This document shows, one piece after another, positions 36,746 to 45,100 of a stretch of DNA of 64,000 bases. The translations under genes and the position numbers were made by a program. This DNA comes from an uncultured Patescibacteria group bacterium (lineage in GTDB: Bacteria > Patescibacteriota > Microgenomatia > UBA1400 > PJMF01). The stretch lies in the NCBI GenBank assembly GCA_905478415.1, contig CAJQIG010000004.1, positions 75,523 through 139,522 of the forward strand, written 5' to 3'. Position 1 is the stretch's first letter; the number at the start of each line of letters is the position of its first letter. The notes beneath the pieces were generated by a model, which saw only the letters and a list, made by a program, of their open reading frames with translations, was not told where the DNA came from and did no database searches.

Positions 36746-37440
36746 GTAGTAACCTGGAGAATGTGTGTGCCAACCCCATCTACATCAGACCTCCATTCAT
36801 CAGCGCTTTTTCTATGTCTTGACCACCTTTGGAAAGATTGACCCTTAATTTGTTGTTCTGATATTTTTTCTACAGTTTTTTTTGAATTTAGAGTTAAATG
36901 TGGGTGAAAGTATGCCATATCAATCTGCACATCTGGATATGCTGGAGGAATCATCAATGCTAAAGTTGCTCTCTTTTGGTCATATCCATGCGGAACTTCA
37001 AAGTCATAGAGAAGGAGCCAGTTACTGGCTCCTTCCTTTATTGCTTCCCATTTTTTGAAAGATTTAGTGAGATGGCTTTTGTCATCTTCAGGTAAATCAA
37101 AATCATTCCCATCACCCTCTGTTTGGTCAAGTGGCATTGTTATGAATCGTTCTACACCAGGTCGTGTTAAGTTGATTATTTCGTCATAATCAATGCGTTG
37201 AACTTGTCCTCCATGTAGTTTTTGACTAATCATAAACTGCTCCACGGGTGTTTTACCTGCAAGCTCGAGCAACGAACGACCTGATATGGTTTCTGTATTA
37301 ACCACGAAATGCTGGCGGTCGATGAGAATTTTATATCTACGTCCTTTCGGAATAGGCTTTTTAGACCTTGCATGAGCTTGGAGGTCAATTACCTCAGCTT
37401 TACTAGCTTCTACTGTTTTGTTGGGGGTGTCATTAGACAT
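36718..37440 (-). CDS. Ubiquitin-like (multiubiquitin-type beta-grasp) domain fused to an E2/UEV-like domain that has no cysteine
   Basis: N-terminal YKILIDRQHFVVNTETISGRSLLELAGK...IDYDEIINL beta-grasp pattern. C-terminal LALMIPPAYPDVQIDMAYFHPHL resembles the UBC fold up to the HPN-like motif, but there is no Cys anywhere in the protein. Confidence 0.55.
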   Translation of the reverse strand: MSNDTPNKTVEASKAEVIDLQAHARSKKPIPKGRRYKILIDRQHFVVNTETISGRSLLELAGKTPVEQFMISQKLHGGQVQRIDYDEIINLTRPGVERFITMPLDQTEGDGNDFDLPEDDKSHLTKSFKKWEAIKEGASNWLLLYDFEVPHGYDQKRATLALMIPPAYPDVQIDMAYFHPHLTLNSKKTVEKISEQQIKGQSFQRWSRHRKSADEWRSDVDGVGTHILQVTTWLEKETLA

Positions 37441-37533
37441 ATCCCTCCTTTATCGCCTGTCCAAAGCAATACTTTATATAAACAGGGTTTTCAATAGAAA
37501 CTGTATGCTATACAATGAAAGTGTAACGTCACT

Positions 37534-37607
37534 GCAACAGTTGTTTCATTCCAACCCTGTGTGAGTTGGACTAAAAACTAGTTATACACCAACGAAACAG
37601 CTGTTGC
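37534..37607. promoter_or_regulatory. Pair of near-palindromic 14-bp sites GCAACAGTTGTTTC / GAAACAGCTGTTGC in the divergent promoter region; candidate XRE-repressor operators
   Basis: Two inverted copies (13/14 identical) at 37534-37547 and 37594-37607, between the Ubl operon and the XRE gene. Confidence 0.4.
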
Positions 37608-37639
37608 AAGTGTTAAACACTTAGGATATACTAACTACT

Positions 37640-38002
37640 ATGAGCAAACTTACAATTCAACGTATTGGCATCGAGATAAAAAACAAAAGAGGCACCAAAG
37701 GATTAAGAGAAACAGCTAAAATAATCGGAGTAAGTGCTGCAACACTTTCAAGAATTGAATCTGGAAAACAACCCGATTTAGATACATTTGTCAAAATCTG
37801 TAAGTGGCTCGAAATCAACCCCTCAGAAATACTTTCTTTTGAAGAAACTCAGCCCTTTTCCTCAGACGACGTTAACAACAATAGTTTCACATCAGCACAT
37901 TTAAGAGCAAATAGAGAACTCTCTCCTGAAACCGCTAGTCATTTAACACAGGCTATACTTTCCATGCGTGAATTCCTCTCTATGAACGATGATGTTTCAT
38001 AA
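37640..38002 (+). CDS. XRE-family helix-turn-helix transcriptional regulator (CapH/ImmR-like)
   Basis: LRETAKIIGVSAATLSRIESGKQ HTH_3 motif. Confidence 0.75.
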   Translation: MSKLTIQRIGIEIKNKRGTKGLRETAKIIGVSAATLSRIESGKQPDLDTFVKICKWLEINPSEILSFEETQPFSSDDVNNNSFTSAHLRANRELSPETASHLTQAILSMREFLSMNDDVS

Positions 38003-38010
38003 GGGGTGTC

Positions 38011-38577
38011 ATGTCAAACTTCAAACTTAACCCAGGATTCAAGAGATGGTGCGAGAAAGCTGCAACTGCTTTTCGAAGTGAATTTGGTCTCCTGGCAACT
38101 GCTGCTCTTCCATCAGAAAAAATGGCTGAATATCTGAATGTTCAGGTTGTTGAATTTTCTGAGTTGAGAATCCCTGCTGAATCTAAGACATATTTGCTGA
38201 CACAAGGTTCCAAAGAATGGTCTGCAGCAACTGTATCTAGCTCAAAAAAAACAGTTATTTTAATCAATGAAAGTCATACTGAGGAAAGAAAAAACAATAG
38301 CCTTATGCATGAGCTCTCTCATATTATTTTGAAGCACGAGCCATCAAAGTTTACCAACCTACTCGAAGCTGGTATTTCCTTTCGCACATACGATGAAAAG
38401 CTTGAAAAAGAAGCTGATTGGCTCGCCGCAACACTACTTCTTCCCAAAGATGTTTTAGAAACTATTGGAGCAATAGTTTCTAAGGCTGATATAGAGAGAA
38501 AACACACCGTAAGTCCAGAGCTTCTTAGATTTAGGTTGAATCTAACTGGAATTGGTAAGAAAATTAAAAATCAATAA
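38011..38577 (+). CDS. ImmA/IrrE-family zinc metallopeptidase (CapP-like)
   Basis: SLMHELSHIILKHE HExxH motif; located immediately downstream of the XRE gene. Confidence 0.7.
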   Translation: MSNFKLNPGFKRWCEKAATAFRSEFGLLATAALPSEKMAEYLNVQVVEFSELRIPAESKTYLLTQGSKEWSAATVSSSKKTVILINESHTEERKNNSLMHELSHIILKHEPSKFTNLLEAGISFRTYDEKLEKEADWLAATLLLPKDVLETIGAIVSKADIERKHTVSPELLRFRLNLTGIGKKIKNQ

Positions 38578-38582
38578 AAGAA

Positions 38583-39035
38583 CTAACCCAAAGTAACATA
38601 GAAAAATGTTCTTTTTATTATCAGGTGACATGCAGATACCAAGAACGATGATATTGTTGAAAAAAGTATAAAAGCTATGATATCAGTTTCGTAAAAAATT
38701 TCTGCATTATGCTCATTGCAACTTATATAGCTCACCACCTGCCCCTCTTCATATCCTTGACTTCTTAAACTCTTAAATTCCTGTACCTTGGCTGGAGAAA
38801 TGCCCTGAGGAAGAATTACCTCATCTTTCTTCCCAAACCCTTTAAATTCATATTCTGGTTTAGACAAATAAGTTGAGCAGTCTTTATATCCATCCGTTGG
38901 TTTCTGAGACATCGAATAGCTAACACCAAACCCCACCAAGACAGTAAAAATAAGACCAAAAGTGTAAATTACTTTTATCAACCTTGTAAAGGGATTTTTC
39001 TCAAGTATATTTTGGTTTTGTTCGTTTTTTTTCAT
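38583..39035 (-). CDS. Hypothetical membrane protein
   Basis: N-terminal and C-terminal TM helices; no recognisable motif. Confidence 0.4.
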   Translation of the reverse strand: MKKNEQNQNILEKNPFTRLIKVIYTFGLIFTVLVGFGVSYSMSQKPTDGYKDCSTYLSKPEYEFKGFGKKDEVILPQGISPAKVQEFKSLRSQGYEEGQVVSYISCNEHNAEIFYETDIIAFILFSTISSFLVSACHLIIKRTFFYVTLG

Positions 39036-39096
39036 ATTTTCTTTGGCATGTACGCCAAAGACATTTTATCTCAACTTTGGCATAAAGACCATATAC

Positions 39097-39327
39097 ATGT
39101 TGAATAAAAATCAAATTGATTTAATCAAACAAACATTTGGTGAAGTAGTAAAAGAACTCAGAGACCAACACAACTTATCTCAAGAAAAACTTGGATTCGC
39201 TGCCGACCTCGACTTAACATCAATCAATGAAATTGAAAAAGGTCACAGAAACCCAAAGCTAACTACAGTATGCAAGCTTGCAAAAGCACTTGGAGTTAGC
39301 CCTTCTGCCTTATTAAAAAACCTTTAG
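39097..39327 (+). CDS. XRE-family HTH regulator (small)
   Basis: LRDQHNLSQEKLGFAADLDLTSINEIEKGHRNPKLTTVCKLAKALGV; start taken at MLNK. Confidence 0.6.
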   Translation: MLNKNQIDLIKQTFGEVVKELRDQHNLSQEKLGFAADLDLTSINEIEKGHRNPKLTTVCKLAKALGVSPSALLKNL

Positions 39328-39677
39328 ATTTCATCGTCCTCATCTACAAACATAATTTTCATTGGTTGGCTACTAACCTCTACTTCAATAGTTCCAAACT
39401 CTTCTCTAGCTTTCTTCTCTAAATACCACTTCGCCACTCCTACACTGTCTAAATTATCAAAAATAGTTTTTCTTGCTTTTAACACCGGATTAATTTTCCA
39501 GGTGTTTTTTTGCTCCGAAAACTCATTATTTTCTTGTTGATATAGGTAGAGTGTGCTTTGAGAAATATCTGCGTAAATACAGGCTTCTCTATCAGTACAT
39601 CCCATCAAAAAAGCTTCTCTTAATCTCGAAATAGTTTCTGGAGTCATGATAGTTGGTCTACCTAATTGTTCGCTCAT
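39324..39677 (-). CDS. Hypothetical HTH-containing protein (terminase-small-subunit/transposase-HTH-like)
   Basis: RPTIMTPETISRLREAFLMGCTDREACIYADISQSTLY resembles HTH_23-like folds; weak. Confidence 0.35.
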   Translation of the reverse strand: MSEQLGRPTIMTPETISRLREAFLMGCTDREACIYADISQSTLYLYQQENNEFSEQKNTWKINPVLKARKTIFDNLDSVGVAKWYLEKKAREEFGTIEVEVSSQPMKIMFVDEDDEI

Positions 39678-40024
39678 GCTTCTAGTCTAACAATTTTTAT
39701 TTCAAAACATTACTTTCTTGAAAAGTAATTTTCTCAAGGAGCTGAGCAATTTTTTCTAAAAGGTAAGGTTTTGCAATCGAAATCTGTAAGCTGTAAGAAC
39801 AAGCGGGCTTCATGTGAGTCCCCATCAGTACATCTTCTAGCCCCAGGTGTACTGACAGGGGTTCAAATCTCCCAAAAACGCAAAAATGAACAAATCAGCA
39901 AACCCATTGCCAAAAGAAGCAGTGGAAGAATACCAGCGTATCTATTTCAGTGCCTATGGAAAGCAGCTTCCATACGAGGAAGCTGAATTAAGTGGTGCCA
40001 AACTCATACAACTGATTATGTTAA

Positions 40025-40600
40025 TTGAAAGGGCTGAGGATGCAAACAATCAACCTTAATCCTTTACATGGTATTAAACAAATGAGCATGGGTTACTTTA
40101 CAATTCCAAGGGTTGTCATATTGGAGTTAATAAAAGAAAAACATCTAAACCTTACAGAACTCGGCTATTTTATTATCTTGATTACTATAGCTGATTGGGA
40201 CAAAGGTAGATTCCGTAATGGCTTTATACGTTACGAAATAAGTGAATTAGCAAAGGTGCTAGAAATATCTGAATCTAGCTTGTACAAGTATATAGCTAAG
40301 TTTAAAAAAATTGGACTCATAACTGAGACAAGAAATGTTTGTAAAATTGAAAATTATAAAGATTTTACTCTACGAGGCTCCCAAGAAATAAGCAAAGTAC
40401 CTCTTTCAATAGAAAAATACCTAGTACTATTTCCACATTTAGCTAGTGAAGATTCCAACATCATGGAACATGCCCAGGCTAACACAGCATCTAACTTTAA
40501 TAATTCTTTTAAGAGTTCTTTGGGGGATTCTTTAGGAGTTGGATTACAAGAGGAAAGAAAAAAGCTAATCAAATCTAAAACAGTAAAGAGTATAAAATAG
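40025..40600 (+). CDS. Hypothetical island protein (possible winged-helix DNA-binding)
   Basis: No recognisable motif; position upstream of the recombinase. Confidence 0.35.
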   Translation: MKGLRMQTINLNPLHGIKQMSMGYFTIPRVVILELIKEKHLNLTELGYFIILITIADWDKGRFRNGFIRYEISELAKVLEISESSLYKYIAKFKKIGLITETRNVCKIENYKDFTLRGSQEISKVPLSIEKYLVLFPHLASEDSNIMEHAQANTASNFNNSFKSSLGDSLGVGLQEERKKLIKSKTVKSIK

Positions 40601-40608
40601 GAGTTATT

Positions 40609-42216
40609 ATGAAACGTGTTTTTATGTACTGCAGAAAATCAAGTGAAGATAAGGGTAAACAGATACTCTCAATAGACGACCAAAAACGTGAATTATGGCG
40701 AATTGCTAAAAACCTAAACTTAAAAGTAATTGATGAGCCAATCGAAGAAGTAAAGTCAGCTAAAGCACCAGGAAGACCAAAGTTTAGTGAGTTGGTAAAA
40801 AAAATCTATAATAATGAAGCTGATGGTATTTTATGTTGGAAACTAGACCGACTTGCTAGAAATCCCATTGATGGTGGCAACATCATTTGGATTGTAAAAG
40901 ACCAAGGAAAGGTTATTTACACACCTTCTCAAACCTTCTCCCATCAGTCAGAAAATACTATCATGATGTACATCGAGTTTGGTATGGCACAAAAATACAT
41001 TGATGATTTAGGAAAAAGCGCAAAAAGAGGCATGAAAACAAAAGCTGAGATGGGGTGGTATCCTGCTCATGCTCCACTTGGTTATGAAAATACACCTGGT
41101 GAAAAGAAAGGTTCAAGAAAAATAATAAGTGATAATAATTTCAAGCTAGTTCAACGGTGTTTTTACGAAATTCTCAAAGGCAAACAAGCTTCACATGTTT
41201 GGAGAAAAGCTAGAGAAAAATGGGGGTTAAAGTCAAAAAAAGGGAATCCCGTTGCTCACTCTACTTTTTACAACATATTAACTCACCCCTTTTACTATGG
41301 TGAATATGAGTGGCCTCGTGGTAGTGGAAATTGGTACCAGGGAAAGCATGAGCCAATGATTACCAAAGAGCAATTTGATGTTGTGCAAAAAATGTTAGGA
41401 AAAAATGGAAAGCCAATCTCTAGGAGTCATACTTTTGATTTAACTGGACTCTTTAGATGTTCAATCTGTAGCTGCGCAATTACTGCCACAAAAAAAACTA
41501 AACACTATAAAACTACAGGAAGAATTGCAGAATACACCTATTATCACTGTTCCAAGAAAAATCAAAATATCAAGTGTTCACAACCCCCTGTCAGTGAAAA
41601 AGACTTCGAGAACGAAATTATGAAGCAACTAATGATGCTCAGACCTCCAGAGGAGTTTGTGACTTGGGCGAAAAAATGGATTAAAACTGTACATGACTAC
41701 GAATCTCAAACAGAAGAAGAAATACTTGCATCTCAAAATAAAGAGCTTGAATCAGTCGAAAATCAGCTGAGCAATTTACTTGATTTGCGTATCAGAAGTG
41801 ATATTGACGACTCAACATATAGGAGCAAAAAAACACTCCTTGAACAGGAAAAATTGACTGTTAAAAGAAAGATTAACGAATCAGGAAACAACCTTTCATC
41901 TCTTAGAATTAGAGTAGAGAACGCTATCGACATAGCCTATGGCTCACATCTAAGGTTTAAGACTGGAAAACGTGAGACAAAACAAGAGATTCTAGTGAGC
42001 CTTGGCTCGAACCTCATCTTAAATCATAAAAAAATACGGATAGACCTGTTAAAACACTTTGAAGTCTTTAGAGATAATGAAAAATGGGAAGATACATATG
42101 AAGATTGGCTCGAACCTCAAAAATACATGGAACTATTCGAAAAAAGACCTGATTTGCGACCTGCAAATCCAGTATGGCTCCCCCGGGAGGATTCGAACCT
42201 CCAACCTACCGGTTAA
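40609..42216 (+). CDS. Large serine recombinase (resolvase/invertase N-domain + recombinase domain + zinc ribbon). The 3' end of the ORF reads into tRNA-Asn, so the true stop may be earlier.
   Basis: YCRKSSEDKGKQ...SIDDQ (catalytic Ser); recombinase-domain and CxxC...C zinc-ribbon region; 535 aa. Confidence 0.8.
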   Translation: MKRVFMYCRKSSEDKGKQILSIDDQKRELWRIAKNLNLKVIDEPIEEVKSAKAPGRPKFSELVKKIYNNEADGILCWKLDRLARNPIDGGNIIWIVKDQGKVIYTPSQTFSHQSENTIMMYIEFGMAQKYIDDLGKSAKRGMKTKAEMGWYPAHAPLGYENTPGEKKGSRKIISDNNFKLVQRCFYEILKGKQASHVWRKAREKWGLKSKKGNPVAHSTFYNILTHPFYYGEYEWPRGSGNWYQGKHEPMITKEQFDVVQKMLGKNGKPISRSHTFDLTGLFRCSICSCAITATKKTKHYKTTGRIAEYTYYHCSKKNQNIKCSQPPVSEKDFENEIMKQLMMLRPPEEFVTWAKKWIKTVHDYESQTEEEILASQNKELESVENQLSNLLDLRIRSDIDDSTYRSKKTLLEQEKLTVKRKINESGNNLSSLRIRVENAIDIAYGSHLRFKTGKRETKQEILVSLGSNLILNHKKIRIDLLKHFEVFRDNEKWEDTYEDWLEPQKYMELFEKRPDLRPANPVWLPREDSNLQPTG

Positions 42217-42249
42217 CAGCCGGGCGCTCTGCCATTGAGCTACAGGGGA
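42175..42249 (-). tRNA. tRNA-Asn (anticodon GTT), CCA encoded
   Basis: Hand-folded cloverleaf: acceptor UCCCCUG/CGGGGGA, D-stem GCUC/GAGC, anticodon loop CUGUUAA, T-arm GGAGGUUCGAAUCCUCC, discriminator G plus CCA. Close to E. coli tRNA-Asn. Confidence 0.85.
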
Positions 42250-42357
42250 TTGTGTCGGAATGTGATGTTTATATAAAAGCAGGTACCAAACCACAAACAG
42301 AATTAAAAGAACTTTGTTATTTTACCACACCTGGAAAGCAAGTAAACAAGAACCAAC

Positions 42358-43818
42358 CTATCTTAAGCTACTACTTTGAATCTCGGAAGCAGTAATACTC
42401 GTAAACACACCTGGTTCATAGGCGTGCATAATCTCAGTTATTAATTTTTCGAAGTTGCGATTAAAATCTATTCTGAGTCGAACTATCTCTATATCAAAAA
42501 CCTCTATTTCTTCCTTAAGGGCCTTTCTTTCTTCTCCATTCTCCTCTGGAGTCTTCATAAACTGTTCTTTGAGAGGTTTGAGTAACTGCCACTGAGCTGC
42601 AATTTTTTCATGTTGAGAAACTACCCGATCTGCAATATCTCTCAAGGGTGGGTGTGTTGCTATAAAATCAAGGTATTCAGACAAATAAGCTCTATCTTTA
42701 TATCGTGGATCCTGTTCGCCTACCAGCAGGAGTGTCAGCAAAAAAATTTGCTCATTATCCGCTCTCATAACAGCCACAACTTTTTCAAAGTCTTCAGGTG
42801 GCGAGTTATTTAAATGATAGTTTATAGCCTCACAGGAAAAATTACTTCCATATGAATCGAAGATACACTTTTTCAAGTAGTCTGATAGAGACGCACTTCC
42901 CAGCACATCGTTACTGTAGACAAGGTTATACTTCTGAAAAGAAGATGGATCATTTCCAGTAAAAATGTCAGAAATGTTTAAACCTGAGATCACATCTTGC
43001 ACTGTGTCACGAGGTTGTTTGAGATCTTCGGGATGTGCATGAACTTTAGGAACTGGGTAGAGTTGTCCCCAAAGCCAAAACAAATCTTCTTGATTCTCAC
43101 CTGCGACTGGATTGGGGCGACTTTTTAGATGTGGAAACTCTCCCTTACCATGGGTCAAAATAGCCCGGGTAATAACCTTAGTAATAACTTCAACCTCTTC
43201 AGGTGAAAGGTCAATAAGGCCCTTCTCAGCTGCCATTTTTAAGGCCTCTCCAACTAACTGGCCACCCGTCAAAGTACTTGCTAACTCATGGAGCGTCAGC
43301 TTCATATTGCCATTCTGGTCATACTTATGAGAATCGTGAACCAATGCTGCCATCTGTAAAATCATGTTATTGGGATAAAATTTCTTAGCAAGATCAGCAA
43401 CTGCTTGATAATGCAGCAACTCATTCCGAACAACATCAGGATTCACTCCCTTATTGACTAGAGAAGCCTCAATTGCAGTCAACAGAACACCATTCCAGCC
43501 ATCAGCCCCAAACAAAAGTGTTTGAATGGCAGGGTTTTCTAAAAATTTCGTATTGACCGTATCTACAAGGTCGCGTTCTTCTTCAGTGAATACAGAAGCT
43601 TCAACTTTTTTTCTCTCCACTTGTAAGGGTGAGTGTAAGAAGGCTTCGACTTTTTCTTCTTTCGTCCCTGCCTGAGCAATTGCCTCAAACGTTTCTGTGC
43701 CTTTTTGATAGGCACCTCTCACTGCCTCACTCTTCAGCAAGTCAGCTGCAAATATCTGTCTCTCTGGAAGAGACACAGACACCTCTGTTTCTACAACTAA
43801 TGATCTGTCTTCAAACAT
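42358..43818 (-). CDS. HD-domain phosphohydrolase-like protein
   Basis: LHYQAV...AALVHDSHK matches the H...HD motif. Confidence 0.5.
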   Translation of the reverse strand: MFEDRSLVVETEVSVSLPERQIFAADLLKSEAVRGAYQKGTETFEAIAQAGTKEEKVEAFLHSPLQVERKKVEASVFTEEERDLVDTVNTKFLENPAIQTLLFGADGWNGVLLTAIEASLVNKGVNPDVVRNELLHYQAVADLAKKFYPNNMILQMAALVHDSHKYDQNGNMKLTLHELASTLTGGQLVGEALKMAAEKGLIDLSPEEVEVITKVITRAILTHGKGEFPHLKSRPNPVAGENQEDLFWLWGQLYPVPKVHAHPEDLKQPRDTVQDVISGLNISDIFTGNDPSSFQKYNLVYSNDVLGSASLSDYLKKCIFDSYGSNFSCEAINYHLNNSPPEDFEKVVAVMRADNEQIFLLTLLLVGEQDPRYKDRAYLSEYLDFIATHPPLRDIADRVVSQHEKIAAQWQLLKPLKEQFMKTPEENGEERKALKEEIEVFDIEIVRLRIDFNRNFEKLITEIMHAYEPGVFTSITASEIQSSSLR

Positions 43819-43835
43819 ATTCTGACACCTAATAA

Positions 43836-45026
43836 TTAATGACTATGCCCCTTGATCATACCACTTTTGGCTACTTTCTTAATGTGTTCAGCATTTAAAA
43901 AGTACACTGCCAACAAGGTTGTCACTGGTACCGCCATCACCAGCCCAATCGAGCCAGTTAGTGTCCGAACAACCTCCTCAGCAATAATTTGGTCATTTAT
44001 CTTTACCCAAGCTGGAATATCAGTATTTACAAAAAAGAGTAAAAAAAGCGGTAAACTTGTACCTGCGTAGGCTAGAACAAGTGTATTTACCAATGAAGCC
44101 ACATGGTCTTTACCTACTTCAAGTGCTCTAAAGTACAACTCTTGTTTGGAAATCTTTTTTTGCACTGCAAGTAACTGTTCAACCACGGAAACCTGTGCAA
44201 TCACGATATCATCCAAAACACCGAGTGCTCCAATAATGATTCCGGCTAAAAACAGCCCTTGCAAATTAATGTTGCCATAGTTAGCAAACTGTAAAAAATA
44301 AGATTCTTCGTCACCCAGGCCCAGTAAGTGAGAGGCTGAAACCACCAGGCTTGAAAGTACAACCACCACCAGTAAAACTGCCACAATAGCACCAAAAGCA
44401 ATGTGTGATTTTCTGTTAAAACCATGTGCTAAATAAATCGTCATGAAGCCAACCATAACTGAAGCAATCACACTCACCACAATCGGACTTGAACCAGATA
44501 AAATCGCTGGCAACATATATCCTCCCAGCACCAAGAACGTTGAAAGCATACCAATAATCGAGAGAATGCCTCGGATACCACCAACAGCCGCCACTAACAA
44601 GAAAAATGCTAGAGTCACAAACAGAAGGATAGGAATCCTAAACATATCTACTAATACAGTAAACTCATTATTTTCAGCATCAGTTTGAGTCGTCAAAATA
44701 ACCTTATCACCAACTTTAAAACGTTGGCCTTCAAGAATTGGTTGAAATTCATTCCCCACCATAACCTCTGAAATTTCGTCAGTTTCCTGATTCTTGACTC
44801 GCAACTTCTGGGTATAAACGGTAGTGCCATCAACTTCAAAAACTTGCTCTTCTATAACTGCTAGGACATTCCCAAGATCATACGTTTGCTTGGTAACAAA
44901 ATTTTCTATGACCACTTGATCAGCTGCTTCAGTTGCAAGAGCAGCTTCCTCTTGAGCAGAAACTGGAATAGCACGCAAAAAAAATAACAGTATCAATAGA
45001 GTACATATATAAAAAAGTTTTTTCAC
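43836..45026 (-). CDS. YibE/F-family polytopic membrane protein
   Basis: Signal/TM, soluble N-domain, then a multi-TM region with LGVLDDIVIAQVS typical of YibE/F. Confidence 0.55.
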   Translation of the reverse strand: MKKLFYICTLLILLFFLRAIPVSAQEEAALATEAADQVVIENFVTKQTYDLGNVLAVIEEQVFEVDGTTVYTQKLRVKNQETDEISEVMVGNEFQPILEGQRFKVGDKVILTTQTDAENNEFTVLVDMFRIPILLFVTLAFFLLVAAVGGIRGILSIIGMLSTFLVLGGYMLPAILSGSSPIVVSVIASVMVGFMTIYLAHGFNRKSHIAFGAIVAVLLVVVVLSSLVVSASHLLGLGDEESYFLQFANYGNINLQGLFLAGIIIGALGVLDDIVIAQVSVVEQLLAVQKKISKQELYFRALEVGKDHVASLVNTLVLAYAGTSLPLFLLFFVNTDIPAWVKINDQIIAEEVVRTLTGSIGLVMAVPVTTLLAVYFLNAEHIKKVAKSGMIKGHSH

Positions 45027-45100
45027 AGTAGATCATAGTATATCGAGATTTATGCAAAAGGTCACTGTACAAACATCCCTGGACCGGTAGAATAGTCTCT

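Larger units (their letters stand above)
34440..42249. mobile_element. Putative integrated genomic island ending at tRNA-Asn; carries the ubiquitin-like conjugation cassette, HTH/ImmA regulators and a large serine recombinase. Left boundary uncertain.
   Basis: Serine recombinase abuts the tRNA 3' end; cargo is defence-like with several small HTH genes; no long direct repeat found (expected for serine recombinases). Confidence 0.4.

Noticed and set aside
39709-39729. AT-rich hairpin ATTACTTT-cttg-AAAGTAAT in the divergent region between the 39324-39677 and 40025 genes
   Set aside because: Short and weak (all A/T). It could be an operator, but evidence is insufficient to call it.
42174-42395. 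73-aa plus-strand ORF MAPPGGFEPPTYRLTAGRSAIELQGIV...
   Set aside because: It is a translation of the tRNA-Asn sequence and the flanking intergenic DNA, not a protein.
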